Positions 9,507-20,305 of a stretch of 64,000 nt of DNA are shown piece by piece. Within the stretch, counting starts at the first letter, position 1; every line of letters starts with the position of its first letter. The stretch covers positions 96,001-160,000 of the forward strand of contig CAWHCQ010000004.1 in assembly GCA_963827755.1 (NCBI GenBank), written 5' to 3'. The position numbers and the translations under genes were made by a program. Below the pieces are notes generated by a model. The model was not told the DNA's origin and searched no databases. It saw nothing but the letters and a program-made list of their open reading frames with translations. Origin of the DNA: an uncultured Gammaproteobacteria bacterium (GTDB lineage: Bacteria > Pseudomonadota > Gammaproteobacteria > UBA9214).

Positions 9507-10065
9507 ATGAAAACCGGACTCACCTGCAAAAAAACCGTTAATACGCCTCCTTGCCGCGGGCCTCCTGGTAATGGCCCCCCCCTGCCTTGCCAGCGATGAA
9601 GAGGATTCGCCGGGCTGGACGCCGAAGCATTTTATTGCCGCAGAACCCTGGAAAGAGCAGCAAACCGGATTACCTGCCTACCCCGAAAAAGGGAATTTGC
9701 TCGAGGTCAATATCAGTACCGGCGGCCAGCCTTGGAAAATCTATATTGACACGCTTTCTGTAAGGCAGGGAAAAGACTCCGTGGTGCGTTATACCGTGGT
9801 CCTGATTTCCGCAACCGGCGTATGGAATATTTCCAATGAAGGGCTGCATTGCGGTGAAAATAAATACCGGCGTTATGCCTATGGCTATGAGGGAGAGTGG
9901 CGGGAGCTGGAAGATGCGCCCTGGTTACCGCTTCGCGGGCACGGTGTTAACCAGTATCGCCGGATATTTTACAATGATTACATGTGTAACCAGTCCGATC
10001 CCTACCTTGAACCCCGACAGATTATCGAAAGAATCCGCTCATCGGATTATGGATATGAAGAATAA
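9507..10065 (+). CDS. CNP1-like family exported protein (probable +1 A-run indel in signal peptide)
   Basis: WKE..LPAYP, YIDTLS, VVRYTVV, EGLHC. Removing one A from the A7 run at ~9528-9534 gives the signal peptide MKTGLTCKKPLIRLLAAGLLVMAPPCLA. Confidence 0.75.
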
Positions 10066-10089
10066 ACAGTTTCAAGCCAGCCAGTCGGT

Positions 10090-11985
10090 ATGCCGGTAAT
10101 GGCTGGCAGATACGACGCAGCAGCAATCGAGGTTTTGAGTGGCCTGGATCCGGTGCGCAAGCGCCCGGGCATGTACACCGATACCACGCGCCCCAACCAT
10201 CTTGCACAGGAAGTCATCGATAACAGTGTGGATGAGGCCATTGCAGGGCACGCTACGCGCATTGATGTGAAACTCTTCAAGGATGGTTCGCTGGAAGTGC
10301 GTGACGATGGACGCGGCATGCCGGTGGATCTGCATCCGGAGGAAGGGGTACCCGGTGTCGAGGTCATCCTCACGCGTTTGCATGCCGGCGGCAAGTTTTC
10401 CGCAAAAAACTATGAATTCTCCGGTGGTTTGCATGGCGTCGGTATATCAGTTGTCAATGCCCTGTCGAAACACCTTGAAGTCTGGGTGCGGCGCGGCGGC
10501 AAGGAATACAACATGGCGTTCGCCGACGGCGAGTGCGTTTCAAAACTCGAGGAAATCGGCACGGTCGGCAGGCAGAACAGCGGCACCACGCTGCGCTTCT
10601 GGCCGAATCCCGAATATTTCGATTCTGTAAAGTTCTCGCTGCCACGCCTGAAACACATCCTGCGTGCCAAGGCGGTGTTGTGTCCCGGCCTGCAGGTAAG
10701 GCTGCATGTCGAGGCCGGCGACGAGAAGCTCGAGTGGTGTTACGCGGATGGCCTGCACGACTACCTGGCCGGCGAGCTCGGGGATACCCCGTTACTGCCG
10801 GAAGTCCCGTTTGTCGGCAAAATGGAAGGCAATAACGAGATCGCAGAGTGGGCGCTGGCGTGGTTGCCAGAGGGAGGCGATCCGGTTGCAGAGAGTTATG
10901 TCAACCTGATACCAACCGTGCAGGGAGGCACGCATGTCAATGGATTGCGCATGGGCTTGACGGAAGCAGTGCGTGAGTTTTGTGAATTCAGAAACCTGTT
11001 GCCGCGTGGTGTAAAACTCAGCCCGGAAGATGTCTGGGAAAACTGCAGTTATATCCTGTCCGTCAAGCTGCATGATCCACAGTTCAGCGGACAGACCAAG
11101 GAACGGCTGTCATCACGTGAATGTGCAATTTTTGTCTCCGGTGTGGTCAAGGACTCGTTTGGCCTGTGGTTGAATCATCATACGGAAATAGGCGAACGCA
11201 TTGCCTGGCTGGCAATTGAAAATGCCCAGACGCGCCAGCGCGCAGGCAAGAAAGTGGTGCGCAAGAAAATCACCAGCGGCCCGGCACTGCCGGGGAAGCT
11301 GGCGGACTGTACCTCGACAGACAACGAGCGCAGCGAACTTTTCCTGGTGGAGGGTGATTCAGCCGGTGGTTCGGCCAAGCAGGCGCGTGACCGCATTTTC
11401 CAGGCGATCATGCCGCTGCGCGGCAAGATACTGAATACCTGGGAGGTGGACTCTGCCGACGTGCTGGCATCACAGGAAGTCCATGATATATCCGTTGCCA
11501 TCGGTGTTGAGCCCGGATCGAATAACCTTGGCAAGCTGCGCTACAGCAAGATTTGTATCCTCGCTGACGCCGACTCTGACGGGCTGCATATTGCGACCCT
11601 GTTGTGCGCCTTGTTTCTCAGGCATTTTCATACTCTGGTGCAGGCAGGTCATGTGTATGTTGCCATGCCGCCGCTGTACCGCATCGACGCCGGCAAGCAG
11701 GTATTCTATGCGCTGGATGATAGCGAGAAACAGGGCGTGCTTGACCGGGTAGCGGCAGAAAAGATCAAGGGGAAAGTCATGGTGCAGCGCTTCAAGGGTC
11801 TTGGCGAAATGAACCCGATGCAGTTGCGTGAGACCACCATCGCCCCGGAGACGCGCCGTCTGGTGCAGCTGACCATCGACAGCAAGGACGGCACCCACAA
11901 GCTCATGGATATGCTGCTCGCCCGCAAGCGCGCCCCGGACCGGCGTAACTGGCTGGAATCAAAAGGAAATATGGCCGCAATATGA
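10090..11985 (+). CDS. parE: DNA topoisomerase IV subunit B
   Basis: IEVLSGLDPVRKRPGMYT, GGLHGVG, LVEGDSAGGSAKQAR, PLRGKILN, QRFKGLGEMNP. Confidence 0.97.
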   Translation: MPVMAGRYDAAAIEVLSGLDPVRKRPGMYTDTTRPNHLAQEVIDNSVDEAIAGHATRIDVKLFKDGSLEVRDDGRGMPVDLHPEEGVPGVEVILTRLHAGGKFSAKNYEFSGGLHGVGISVVNALSKHLEVWVRRGGKEYNMAFADGECVSKLEEIGTVGRQNSGTTLRFWPNPEYFDSVKFSLPRLKHILRAKAVLCPGLQVRLHVEAGDEKLEWCYADGLHDYLAGELGDTPLLPEVPFVGKMEGNNEIAEWALAWLPEGGDPVAESYVNLIPTVQGGTHVNGLRMGLTEAVREFCEFRNLLPRGVKLSPEDVWENCSYILSVKLHDPQFSGQTKERLSSRECAIFVSGVVKDSFGLWLNHHTEIGERIAWLAIENAQTRQRAGKKVVRKKITSGPALPGKLADCTSTDNERSELFLVEGDSAGGSAKQARDRIFQAIMPLRGKILNTWEVDSADVLASQEVHDISVAIGVEPGSNNLGKLRYSKICILADADSDGLHIATLLCALFLRHFHTLVQAGHVYVAMPPLYRIDAGKQVFYALDDSEKQGVLDRVAAEKIKGKVMVQRFKGLGEMNPMQLRETTIAPETRRLVQLTIDSKDGTHKLMDMLLARKRAPDRRNWLESKGNMAAI

Positions 11986-12086
11986 CCATAAATACCGAGG
12001 GCGCGAGGTGTTTTGTTCTTTCCTTCGTGCCTTTGCGAGTTTGCGCGATTATTGATTTTTGAAGAATACCGAACAGGTAATACCTC

Positions 12087-14339
12087 ATGGAAACCATTGA
12101 ACTCGATTACGAAGGCATCGAACAGCTGCCCTTGAAGACCTTTACCGAGAAGGCCTACCTGGATTATTCCATGTACGTCATTCTTGACCGCGCATTGCCG
12201 CATATCGGTGACGGCCTCAAGCCTGTGCAGCGGCGCATCATTTATGCCATGTCCGAGCTCGGCCTGCAGGCAAGTGCGAAGCACAAGAAGTCGGCGCGCA
12301 CTGTCGGTGATGTGCTTGGCAAGTTTCACCCGCATGGCGACTCCGCCTGTTACGAGGCGATGGTGCATCTTGCGCAATCTTTTACCTGTCGTTATCCGTT
12401 GATTGACGGCCAGGGCAACTGGGGTTCGCCGGATGATCCAAAATCATTCGCCGCCATGCGTTATACCGAGGCGCGGCTGACGCCGTTTGCCGCGGTGCTG
12501 TTATCGGAACTCGGGCAGGGTACGGTTGACTGGGCGCCGAACTTTGACGGAACACTGGAAGAACCCAAACAGTTACCTGCGCGCCTGCCTGCGGTATTGC
12601 TGAACGGCGCAACCGGTATTGCCGTGGGCATGGCCACGGACATCCCGCCGCATAATCTGAAAGAAGTTGCCGAAGCAACCATCATGTTGCTCGACAAACC
12701 GAAGAGTACAACGGCAGATCTGTGCAAGATAATAATGGCTCCGGATTTTCCTACCGGCGCAGAAATTATAACCCCGCAATCCGAACTGCTCGAAGCCTAT
12801 ATGACAGGACGTGGCAGTGTGCGCATGCGTGCCTGTTACGAAATTGAGCAGGGTGAAATAGTCGTCACTGAATTGCCTTTCCAGACATCGGGCGGAAAGG
12901 TGCTGGAGCAGATCGCCGCACAAATGATTGCGAAGAAACTGCCCATGGTGGAGGACCTGCGCGATGAGTCCGATCACGAGAACCCGACCCGCCTGGTGAT
13001 CGTACCGCGCTCCAACCGGGTTGATACCGGGGCACTGATGTCACACCTGTTTGCAAGCACCGATCTGGAGCGCAGCGCCCGTATCAATCTCAATATAATC
13101 GGCCTGGACGGAAAGCCAAAAATCAATGACTTAAGAGGTATTCTGAAGGAATGGCTTGAATTCAGAACGAGCACGGTCAGGCGCCGGATAGAGTACCGTT
13201 TGGAGAAGGTCAACACCCGTCTGCACCTGCTCGAGGGTCTGTTGATTGCGTTTCTCAACCTGGATGAAGTGATCAGGATTATTCGCGAGGAAGACAAGCC
13301 GAAACCGGCATTGATGAAACGCTTCAGGTTGTCGGAAGAGCAGGCGGATTACATCCTTGATACCCGCCTGCGCCAGCTCGCGCGCCTCGAGGAAATGAAG
13401 ATTACCGGCGAGCAAAAAGAACTTGCCGATGAGCGGGATGCCCTGCAGAAGATCCTTTCTTCCGGTGCACGGTTGAAGACGCTGATCAAGAACGAGATCA
13501 GGGCCGATGCAGAAAAGTTTGGTGATGCGCGGCGCTCAAAACTGGTTGAGCGTGAACCGGCACAGGTCATGGATGAGAACGCGCTGGTGCCAAGTGAGCC
13601 GGTGACAATCGTATTGTCAAAGAACGGCTGGGTGCGTGTCGCCAGGGGTCACGATATCAACCCGACGGAGATGAACTACAAGGCCGGCGATGAATTTGCA
13701 GCGGCGGCGCAGGGACGCAGTAACGAGCTGGTCGTATTTATCGATTCAACGGGCAAGACCTATGCATTACCCGCACATACACTGCCATCGGCAAGAGGTC
13801 AGGGTGAGCCCCTGAGTGGTCGTTTAAAACCGGCTGATGGCGCACGCTTCACAGGTGTGATGGCCGGCAAGCCCGAGCAGTTGTATTTGCTTGCGAGTGA
13901 TTCAGGTTACGGTTTTGTTGTAAAGCTCGGTGATATGTATACGCGTAACAAGGCCGGTAAATCAACACTCTCGGTACCGAAGGGTGCAAGGGTATTGCCA
14001 CCGGTGACTGTGCGCAGTCTGAAGGACGACTGGATTGTGGCGATATCAACCGAGGGACACATGCTGGTCATTCCCTTGAGTGACGTTCCGCAGATGTCTC
14101 GCGGCAAGGGAAACAGGATCATTAATATCCCGTCTGCAAAACTGAAGACCCGCGAAGAGCATGTGAAGATTATTGACTGCATACAGGATGGCGAGAAGCT
14201 CACCATTTACGCAGGCAAGAAGCACAAGACCATGAAGGCGGACGAGGTCGATGAATTTGCCGGTGAGCGCGGCCGGCGAGGGCGCAAACTGGCGCGCGGC
14301 TATCAGAAGGTGGACCGGGTAGAGGTAATCAGGCGCTAG
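12087..14339 (+). CDS. parC: DNA topoisomerase IV subunit A
   Basis: [36 protein letters not shown]. Confidence 0.97.
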   Translation: METIELDYEGIEQLPLKTFTEKAYLDYSMYVILDRALPHIGDGLKPVQRRIIYAMSELGLQASAKHKKSARTVGDVLGKFHPHGDSACYEAMVHLAQSFTCRYPLIDGQGNWGSPDDPKSFAAMRYTEARLTPFAAVLLSELGQGTVDWAPNFDGTLEEPKQLPARLPAVLLNGATGIAVGMATDIPPHNLKEVAEATIMLLDKPKSTTADLCKIIMAPDFPTGAEIITPQSELLEAYMTGRGSVRMRACYEIEQGEIVVTELPFQTSGGKVLEQIAAQMIAKKLPMVEDLRDESDHENPTRLVIVPRSNRVDTGALMSHLFASTDLERSARINLNIIGLDGKPKINDLRGILKEWLEFRTSTVRRRIEYRLEKVNTRLHLLEGLLIAFLNLDEVIRIIREEDKPKPALMKRFRLSEEQADYILDTRLRQLARLEEMKITGEQKELADERDALQKILSSGARLKTLIKNEIRADAEKFGDARRSKLVEREPAQVMDENALVPSEPVTIVLSKNGWVRVARGHDINPTEMNYKAGDEFAAAAQGRSNELVVFIDSTGKTYALPAHTLPSARGQGEPLSGRLKPADGARFTGVMAGKPEQLYLLASDSGYGFVVKLGDMYTRNKAGKSTLSVPKGARVLPPVTVRSLKDDWIVAISTEGHMLVIPLSDVPQMSRGKGNRIINIPSAKLKTREEHVKIIDCIQDGEKLTIYAGKKHKTMKADEVDEFAGERGRRGRKLARGYQKVDRVEVIRR

Positions 14340-14404
14340 GCCGGGGAGGGCCCTGAAGTTCGCCTGGCCCGGCATTGGCCCGCCAGCTGTCTTGCGTGCT
14401 CGAT

Positions 14405-15959
14405 TTAACTATAAATATCAGCTGGTTGAGGGTTGAAAAAATTCTGCCCCATGATCTCGAGCGCCTGTTCAAACTGCTTGTCTACGATTGCCTGGTAGTC
14501 GGCCGTCAGGGCTTCCAGCAGGTAGGTGGAGACGTACTCGCTGATACCCCGTAACTGGATCGACTGGTATTCACCGGCAACTATGCGGTCCCTGACACCG
14601 TCATGCATGTACATCTCGCGTGACATGACAATTTGACCGCCATTTGTTATGCCACAAAGCCTGGATGCCATGTTTACCGCGTCACCGACAACTGTATATT
14701 CCATACGTGTTTCCGAGCCCATATTGCCGGCCAGCATGAACCCTGTATTCATTCCAATCTTGAACTTGACGGGAAACTCGCCGCGCATTTCTCTTTCCTT
14801 GCTCTCATGCATGATGAGTTTCTGGGCGAGCAACGCGCAGATTATGGCATGGAAGACATGATCCTTGTCCGTTTCCGGTGCACCGAAAACCAGCATCACA
14901 CCATCTCCCATGTATTTATCAACTGTGCCGTAGTTGATCTCACAGGCGCATGTAATAAGGGAAAAATACTTGTTGAGCATGCTCACCAGGGACTGCGGAT
15001 CGGTTTTTTCGGCAATTTCCGTAAACCCGGCGATGTCGGCAAACAGTACAGTGCCTTCAATCTTTTTACTGCCAAGTTCAACAGTGCTCAGGTTGGACAG
15101 TATCTGGCGGGCAACGCCTGGTGAAACATAACGCGACAGGGCATTCTTGACCTGTGATTTTTCCAGCATGCCTGCCGCCATCTCGTTAAAGGAATTCATC
15201 AGCAGGCCAAGTTCATCATGTCGCCGTTCTGTGAATCTGAATGAGTACTCGCCTTTTCCCAGCGCGCGACTTGCATCGACCAGTTCATTGATAGGCATGC
15301 TGAGATGCTGTCCGAGTGCAAATGCCATTCCGATGCCAAGGGCAATTACCAGCAAGGTGGCAGCCGTAATTGCCTGCACCGACCTGCGTACAGAGTCTTT
15401 CATGCCGGACTGGCTGAGGGTTACCAGTGCGTAACCTGCCGTAATACCCTGGAATGTAACCGGCTGGGTGAATGAAATAACCGCATGGGTCTTCCCGGAT
15501 GCCGTTTCCCAGTCCCATATGTATGAGTTCGCAGCGCCCCGGGCGAGCTGTTCCAGCAGGGCAATATCGCCTGTATGTGCCGTCCCCGCCTGTGCAATAA
15601 CCTCTCCCTGCAACGTAATAATGGCCGTGGCCAGCACGCTCTTGCCATTCGTGAAGCTTTCCGTAATGGTTACAAGCGCATGCTCTGTCATCCGCCAGCA
15701 GGGGTTCCCTGCTGGATTGCGCCATCAGGCCTGCCAGGGTGGCGCCCTGTTCGTTGATTTGCTGCAGCAGTACCCGGGTCTGTTGCTGGATCAGAATAAC
15801 CCCGAGTAACAGCATGCAGCCCACGACCAGCACTGTGATAAAGAATGACAGTTTGTAGGCCAGCGGGATGCGCTGCGTCGTGATGCGCAGTTTCCGCGCC
15901 AGCCTCATAATACCGGTGCCCGTGGCGGCTTCATGATTTCCGGTTGCTGCCTTGTTCAT
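14405..15959 (-). CDS. Membrane class III adenylate/guanylate cyclase with HAMP domain (frameshift near 15690)
   Basis: First TM helix in ORF 15285-15959. ORF 14405-15691 has HAMP (DELGLLMNSFNEM), VLFADIAGFT, DKYMGDGVM and EYTVVGDAVNMASRL. Confidence 0.88.
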
Positions 15960-16048
15960 CTGCCGGTCCCGGCTGCACCTGTCGCGGGCGACGGGACGTA
16001 TGTGTACAATGCCTGCTGTTTTCCGTGGTTACAGCCTGAGGAATATTC

Positions 16049-17266
16049 ATGACCCTGATTCGTCCCTTTGCCGGTTTGCGGCCAGCCGCAGGTCGGGCCG
16101 AAGAGGTGGTTGCGCCGCCTTACGATGTGCTCAGCAGTGACGAGGCCCGGCTGCGTGCCAGGGGTCGCCCCTGGAGTTTTCTGCATATATCCAAACCCGA
16201 GATTGACCTGCCCGTGGGTACTGACCCGCACGCCGCAGAGGTCTATAAAATGGCTGCCGAAAACCTGCAGCGGATGTTGCAGGCAGGTGTGCTCGTTCGG
16301 GATGAGAGGCCGTTTTATTACGTTTATCGCCTGGTCATGGGCAAGCACAGCCAGCTCGGACTTGTAGCCGTGGCTTCCGTGGCTGATTACAACTCGAATC
16401 GTATTCGCAAGCATGAATTTACGCGGCCGGACAAGGAAGATGACCGGGTGCGGCAGATCGATGCCTTGCATGCACAGACGGGGCCGGTCCTGCTGGCCTG
16501 TAAATCCGACCCGGCCATCGATGCCATGCTCGCCGGGGTTGCACGCGGCCGGCCGGATGTCGATCTCGTTGCGGATGATGGCATCGGTCATACGATTTGG
16601 GTCGTCAGGGATGCGGCCCTGATCGATAAAATTACCGCTGGTTTTAACGCGATGGATGCGTTGTATATAGCCGACGGACACCACCGTTCGGCAGCTGCGT
16701 CCAGGGTGGCTGCCAGTCATGGCGAGCTTGAGTCGGCCGGGTATTTTCTGACCGTGATTTTCCCGCACAGGCAGATGCAGATCCTTGACTACAATCGCGT
16801 TGTCAGGGACCTGGGTGGTATGAGCGCTGAAGAATTCCTCGCACGTGTTGTCGAGTCCTTCTCGGTAACTCCGATCGAGGCGGCGGTGCGTCCCGATGGG
16901 CCGGGAACGTTCGGTATGTACCTTGCCGGTCAGTGGTACCGGCTGGAAATTCATGCGGACTGCATTCCGAATGATCCGGTCGGCAGGCTGGATGTCAGTT
17001 TGCTTGCCAACAGGCTGCTGGCACCGGTACTCGGGATAGAAGATCCCCGGCGGGATACCCGGATTGATTTCGTCGGCGGTATTCGCGGACTTGCCGAGCT
17101 GGAGAGGCGTGTTGACAGCGGTGAAATGAAAGTCGCTTTTTCCATGTATCCAACCGGCATGGAAGACCTGATGGCAGTTGCCGATGCCGGCGAGGTTATG
17201 CCTCCGAAATCGACCTGGTTTGAACCAAAACTGGCCGACGGCCTGGTTTCTCACGTGCTTGATTGA
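16049..17266 (+). CDS. DUF1015 family protein
   Basis: APPYDV, IRKHEFTRPDKEDDR, YIADGHHRSA, MPPKSTWFEPKLADGL. Confidence 0.92.
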   Translation: MTLIRPFAGLRPAAGRAEEVVAPPYDVLSSDEARLRARGRPWSFLHISKPEIDLPVGTDPHAAEVYKMAAENLQRMLQAGVLVRDERPFYYVYRLVMGKHSQLGLVAVASVADYNSNRIRKHEFTRPDKEDDRVRQIDALHAQTGPVLLACKSDPAIDAMLAGVARGRPDVDLVADDGIGHTIWVVRDAALIDKITAGFNAMDALYIADGHHRSAAASRVAASHGELESAGYFLTVIFPHRQMQILDYNRVVRDLGGMSAEEFLARVVESFSVTPIEAAVRPDGPGTFGMYLAGQWYRLEIHADCIPNDPVGRLDVSLLANRLLAPVLGIEDPRRDTRIDFVGGIRGLAELERRVDSGEMKVAFSMYPTGMEDLMAVADAGEVMPPKSTWFEPKLADGLVSHVLD

Positions 17267-17360
17267 GCGACTTTGCCGGCCATCATGTGCTTGTTCGATT
17301 ATGCAGAAACTTGCCGGCCTTGCTTTTGGCCGGGCCTATGGATGCCGTGTTCATGAAAGC

Positions 17361-19460
17361 TCAGGCGAGCTCACCTTCAAAGTCATAATCAAGTACCCGG
17401 CTGGGTGCCTGGATAAAATTTCCCTGGATCATATCGACACCGTTCTGCCAGAGTACTGCCAGGTCTCCAGGATTATCGATACGTTCGGCAATGCATACCG
17501 TACCGAGATTATGGGCGAGCTTCACAAGTGCCCTGACGCGGGACTGTTGTTCCTTGTTGCTGGCCAGGTTCTCGGTCAGGCTGCCGTCGATTTTCAGAAT
17601 ATCCGCAGGTACATGTTTTAACAGCAGAGGCTGCTTGCTTAAACCGAAGTGTTCGAGTGCCACCCTGCACTGCAGCTTTTTCATCGCCTTGACGAAGGTG
17701 ATGGCGCTCTTCAGATCGTTGGCTGCATCAAGTTCCTTCACTTCAAACACGACAGAACTGTGAGAAAGTCTGTATTCCTTCAGCTTGTCGTTTATCCATG
17801 CCGGCAACTTCGTGTCGGCGAGAACTGACCTTGAAAGCTTTAGATAAACCGTAATATCGTCGCCATTTTCGCGAAGCTCGACAATGGTCCTGAACGCGGC
17901 CTCGAAAACCCAGTAATCAATTTCACGGCTCAGGCCCGACTTCTCGGCAAGTTCGATAAACTGGCCGGGCAGTATGGTATGACCTTCTTCGTCAACAATT
18001 CTAAGCAGGGCTTCATAGCATTTACTGGTATCACCCGCCAGGCTGATGATGGGCTGATATGCCAGGTAGAAGCGTTGCTCATCGATGGTATTTCTGATGA
18101 CCTTATCCCATTCCTCTTCATGGCCCTGGGACACCTGTTCATCAATAACGGCGCTGTGTGTGTGAATCCGGTTGCCGCCGGATGAACGGGCGACTTCACA
18201 TGCCGTATCAGCATGGCTGAGTATTTTCTGCGCGTCAGTCGTATGTTCTGTAACTGCGCAGATACCGATACTGCAGCTCAACGTTATGGACCGTCCGTCA
18301 GTTTCCGATATGTGCGCGGAGATATGGCGCAGCAGCTTTTCCGCCTTTGCCTGGACATTCTCGCTGCTGCTGGCGTGATGCAGTATGGTGAAGCTGTAGT
18401 CTCCAAAGCGGGCGATACTGTCCTGGGTGTTACACTGTTTTTCCAGTAGCCTGGCAATCTCGCAGAGCACCGTATCGCTTGCAGCAATGCCGTTTTCCTC
18501 GCGAACCTCCTTGAATCCATCAAGTGTAATGTAGATGAGTGCACGTGCCTCTTCCCCGTCTTTCTCTGCTTGTGTTACCTCTTCACCAAGCAGATTCATG
18601 AAGTGCTGGCGGTTATATAACCCGGTCAGGGTGTCCAGGTGCGCCATTGATTCCATATTTTCATCCAGGTCAGCCTTGCCGGTGCGGATGACGATTTGCG
18701 TACAGGGTTTTCCGTCGATGCTTGCCGGCGCGAATTCCAGGGTTCTGTCGAAGGCTGTGTGGTCATGATTGACACACTTGATCCTGAGCATGCTGTCACT
18801 GCTGCTGCCAGCCTGAAATTTGCGCAGAAACTCATTGAACGTGTCGCGCTGCTCCGCGCAGATCATGTCGACTACCGGCATTGCCTCGATTTCTTTACGA
18901 TTTTCGATTCCGAACAGATCCATCCAGGACTGGTTGACAAAACAGAGCATACCTTCGTCCATACAGGCAACGGCATCAGTGGAACGTTCGCTGAGGGAAT
19001 TGCAGCGGTTTTCGCAATTGTCAAGGGCTGCTTCAAGGTCAGCCACCCTTTGCTGAAGCTTCAGCAGCGTTAGTACCTGCGAGAACGCCAACTCAAGGTG
19101 ACCGGGCTGGTTGGAGGAGACCAGCGCCGAGATCCCGGATTTTCCGGCAGCGACTACCGCTGCCTCGGGAGCCTCCCCGGCGACGGCAATAAGCGGTGGT
19201 GAAAGTTTGTGTTGTGCAAGGATGCCCTGAACGGTTTCTGTGCTGATGACGCCTTCACCTTTTCCGCAGAGTACGATATCAGGCACCTGTTCAAGCAGGG
19301 CGGTCTCGAATATCTGCGCATCACGTGCATAGCCAAAGCGTAAATGATGTCCGCCCTCGCGGAGGATATTTGCCAGGCTCTCCGCGTCTTTTTCGCTTTT
19401 CTCCACAATGAGTAGACGAAGATTATCTACATTTTCCACAATAGACCTCGCTTTGATCAA
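17361..19460 (-). CDS. fimX: FimX-like REC-PAS-GGDEF(degenerate)-EAL protein
   Basis: Degenerate REC, PAS, DTLTGLYNR, ARFGDYSF in place of GGDEF, EALLR, ALEHFG; position next to a FimW-like gene and near parC. Confidence 0.8.
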   Translation of the reverse strand: MIKARSIVENVDNLRLLIVEKSEKDAESLANILREGGHHLRFGYARDAQIFETALLEQVPDIVLCGKGEGVISTETVQGILAQHKLSPPLIAVAGEAPEAAVVAAGKSGISALVSSNQPGHLELAFSQVLTLLKLQQRVADLEAALDNCENRCNSLSERSTDAVACMDEGMLCFVNQSWMDLFGIENRKEIEAMPVVDMICAEQRDTFNEFLRKFQAGSSSDSMLRIKCVNHDHTAFDRTLEFAPASIDGKPCTQIVIRTGKADLDENMESMAHLDTLTGLYNRQHFMNLLGEEVTQAEKDGEEARALIYITLDGFKEVREENGIAASDTVLCEIARLLEKQCNTQDSIARFGDYSFTILHHASSSENVQAKAEKLLRHISAHISETDGRSITLSCSIGICAVTEHTTDAQKILSHADTACEVARSSGGNRIHTHSAVIDEQVSQGHEEEWDKVIRNTIDEQRFYLAYQPIISLAGDTSKCYEALLRIVDEEGHTILPGQFIELAEKSGLSREIDYWVFEAAFRTIVELRENGDDITVYLKLSRSVLADTKLPAWINDKLKEYRLSHSSVVFEVKELDAANDLKSAITFVKAMKKLQCRVALEHFGLSKQPLLLKHVPADILKIDGSLTENLASNKEQQSRVRALVKLAHNLGTVCIAERIDNPGDLAVLWQNGVDMIQGNFIQAPSRVLDYDFEGELA

Positions 19461-19669
19461 AAACAGGCATCAAGCCCCCGGGCACCGGGCATAATGGAAC
19501 TTCCACGAATCAGGGTACCGACTCTCTTTTTTTCGGCATTTCAGGCCAGGTCTTGAGTACTCCCTGTATATAGCGGGCTGCGCCGGGCAAGGCGGATTGG
19601 CTGTGATTCAGGTATTTCCTGTTCAGCCGTTTCCTGATAGCATGCAAGTGTCTGAAAAATGGGCATTTA

Positions 19670-19687
19670 GAGTACAGTTCTGTACTC
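19670..19687. promoter_or_regulatory. Perfect palindrome, candidate operator
   Basis: GAGTACAG-tt-CTGTACTC in the divergent fimX/GNAT intergenic region. Confidence 0.45.
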
Positions 19688-19721
19688 AAGTTGCCGGCAA
19701 CCGCTGAACCTGGAGATACGT

Positions 19722-20243
19722 ATGCATTCGATTACAGTCAGGCCCGAGACGCCGGAAGATATCCGCGCGATTGATGTTGTACATATCAGCGCTTTTGGGG
19801 GGGAGGCCGAGGCCCAGTTGGTCAGTGTTTTGAGGGGCTCGGCGACCTACAACCGGGAGCTTTCGCTGGTTGCCGAGCTTGGCGGAAGAATCGTCGGCCA
19901 TATCCTCCTCACCAGGGTGCCGCTGCGCAACCAGGGCAAGGAAAAAAATGTGCTCGCGCTGGGGCCGATGTCGGTGGTTCCTTCACAGAGCCATCGCGGC
20001 ATCGGCTCTGAACTGATCCAGGCGGCTATAAAACTTGCAGAAGAAAAAGGCTATGGCGCGATTGTGGTTCTCGGGCACCCGGAATACTACAAGCGGTTCG
20101 GTTTCACGAATGCGAAGGATGCACAGGTAAGCTGTAATCTGCCCGCACCCGAAGATGCCTTGACGGTCATGGAGATCGTTGCGGGAAACCTGGCCGGTGG
20201 TGGCCACGTGGAATACCCGGAACCCTTCCTTGCGCTTTATTGA
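19722..20243 (+). CDS. GNAT N-acetyltransferase (YhbS-like)
   Basis: VRPETPED, LALGPMSVVP, RGIGSELI, VLGHPEYYKRFGF. Confidence 0.9.
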   Translation: MHSITVRPETPEDIRAIDVVHISAFGGEAEAQLVSVLRGSATYNRELSLVAELGGRIVGHILLTRVPLRNQGKEKNVLALGPMSVVPSQSHRGIGSELIQAAIKLAEEKGYGAIVVLGHPEYYKRFGFTNAKDAQVSCNLPAPEDALTVMEIVAGNLAGGGHVEYPEPFLALY

Positions 20244-20305
20244 CTGCAGGTCTGCCTGGTATTTCCACTGTTCGTACCTGCCTGCCCGGTTCGATATATC
20301 CGGGC

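Noticed and set aside
9528-9534. A7 tract as a phase-variation switch
   Set aside because: Short for a contingency tract, and consistent with the other indel-like errors nearby.
11995-12050. Low-complexity CTTCGTGCCTTTGCGAGTTTGCGCG tract between parE and parC
   Set aside because: Possibly a degenerate half of a dispersed repeat, but there is no partner arm or second copy in the window.
15956-17254. Long antisense ORFs (also 27105-28298, 37354-38685, 47857-49089, 62149-63321)
   Set aside because: Shadow frames of well-supported genes in GC-rich DNA, with no recognisable motifs.
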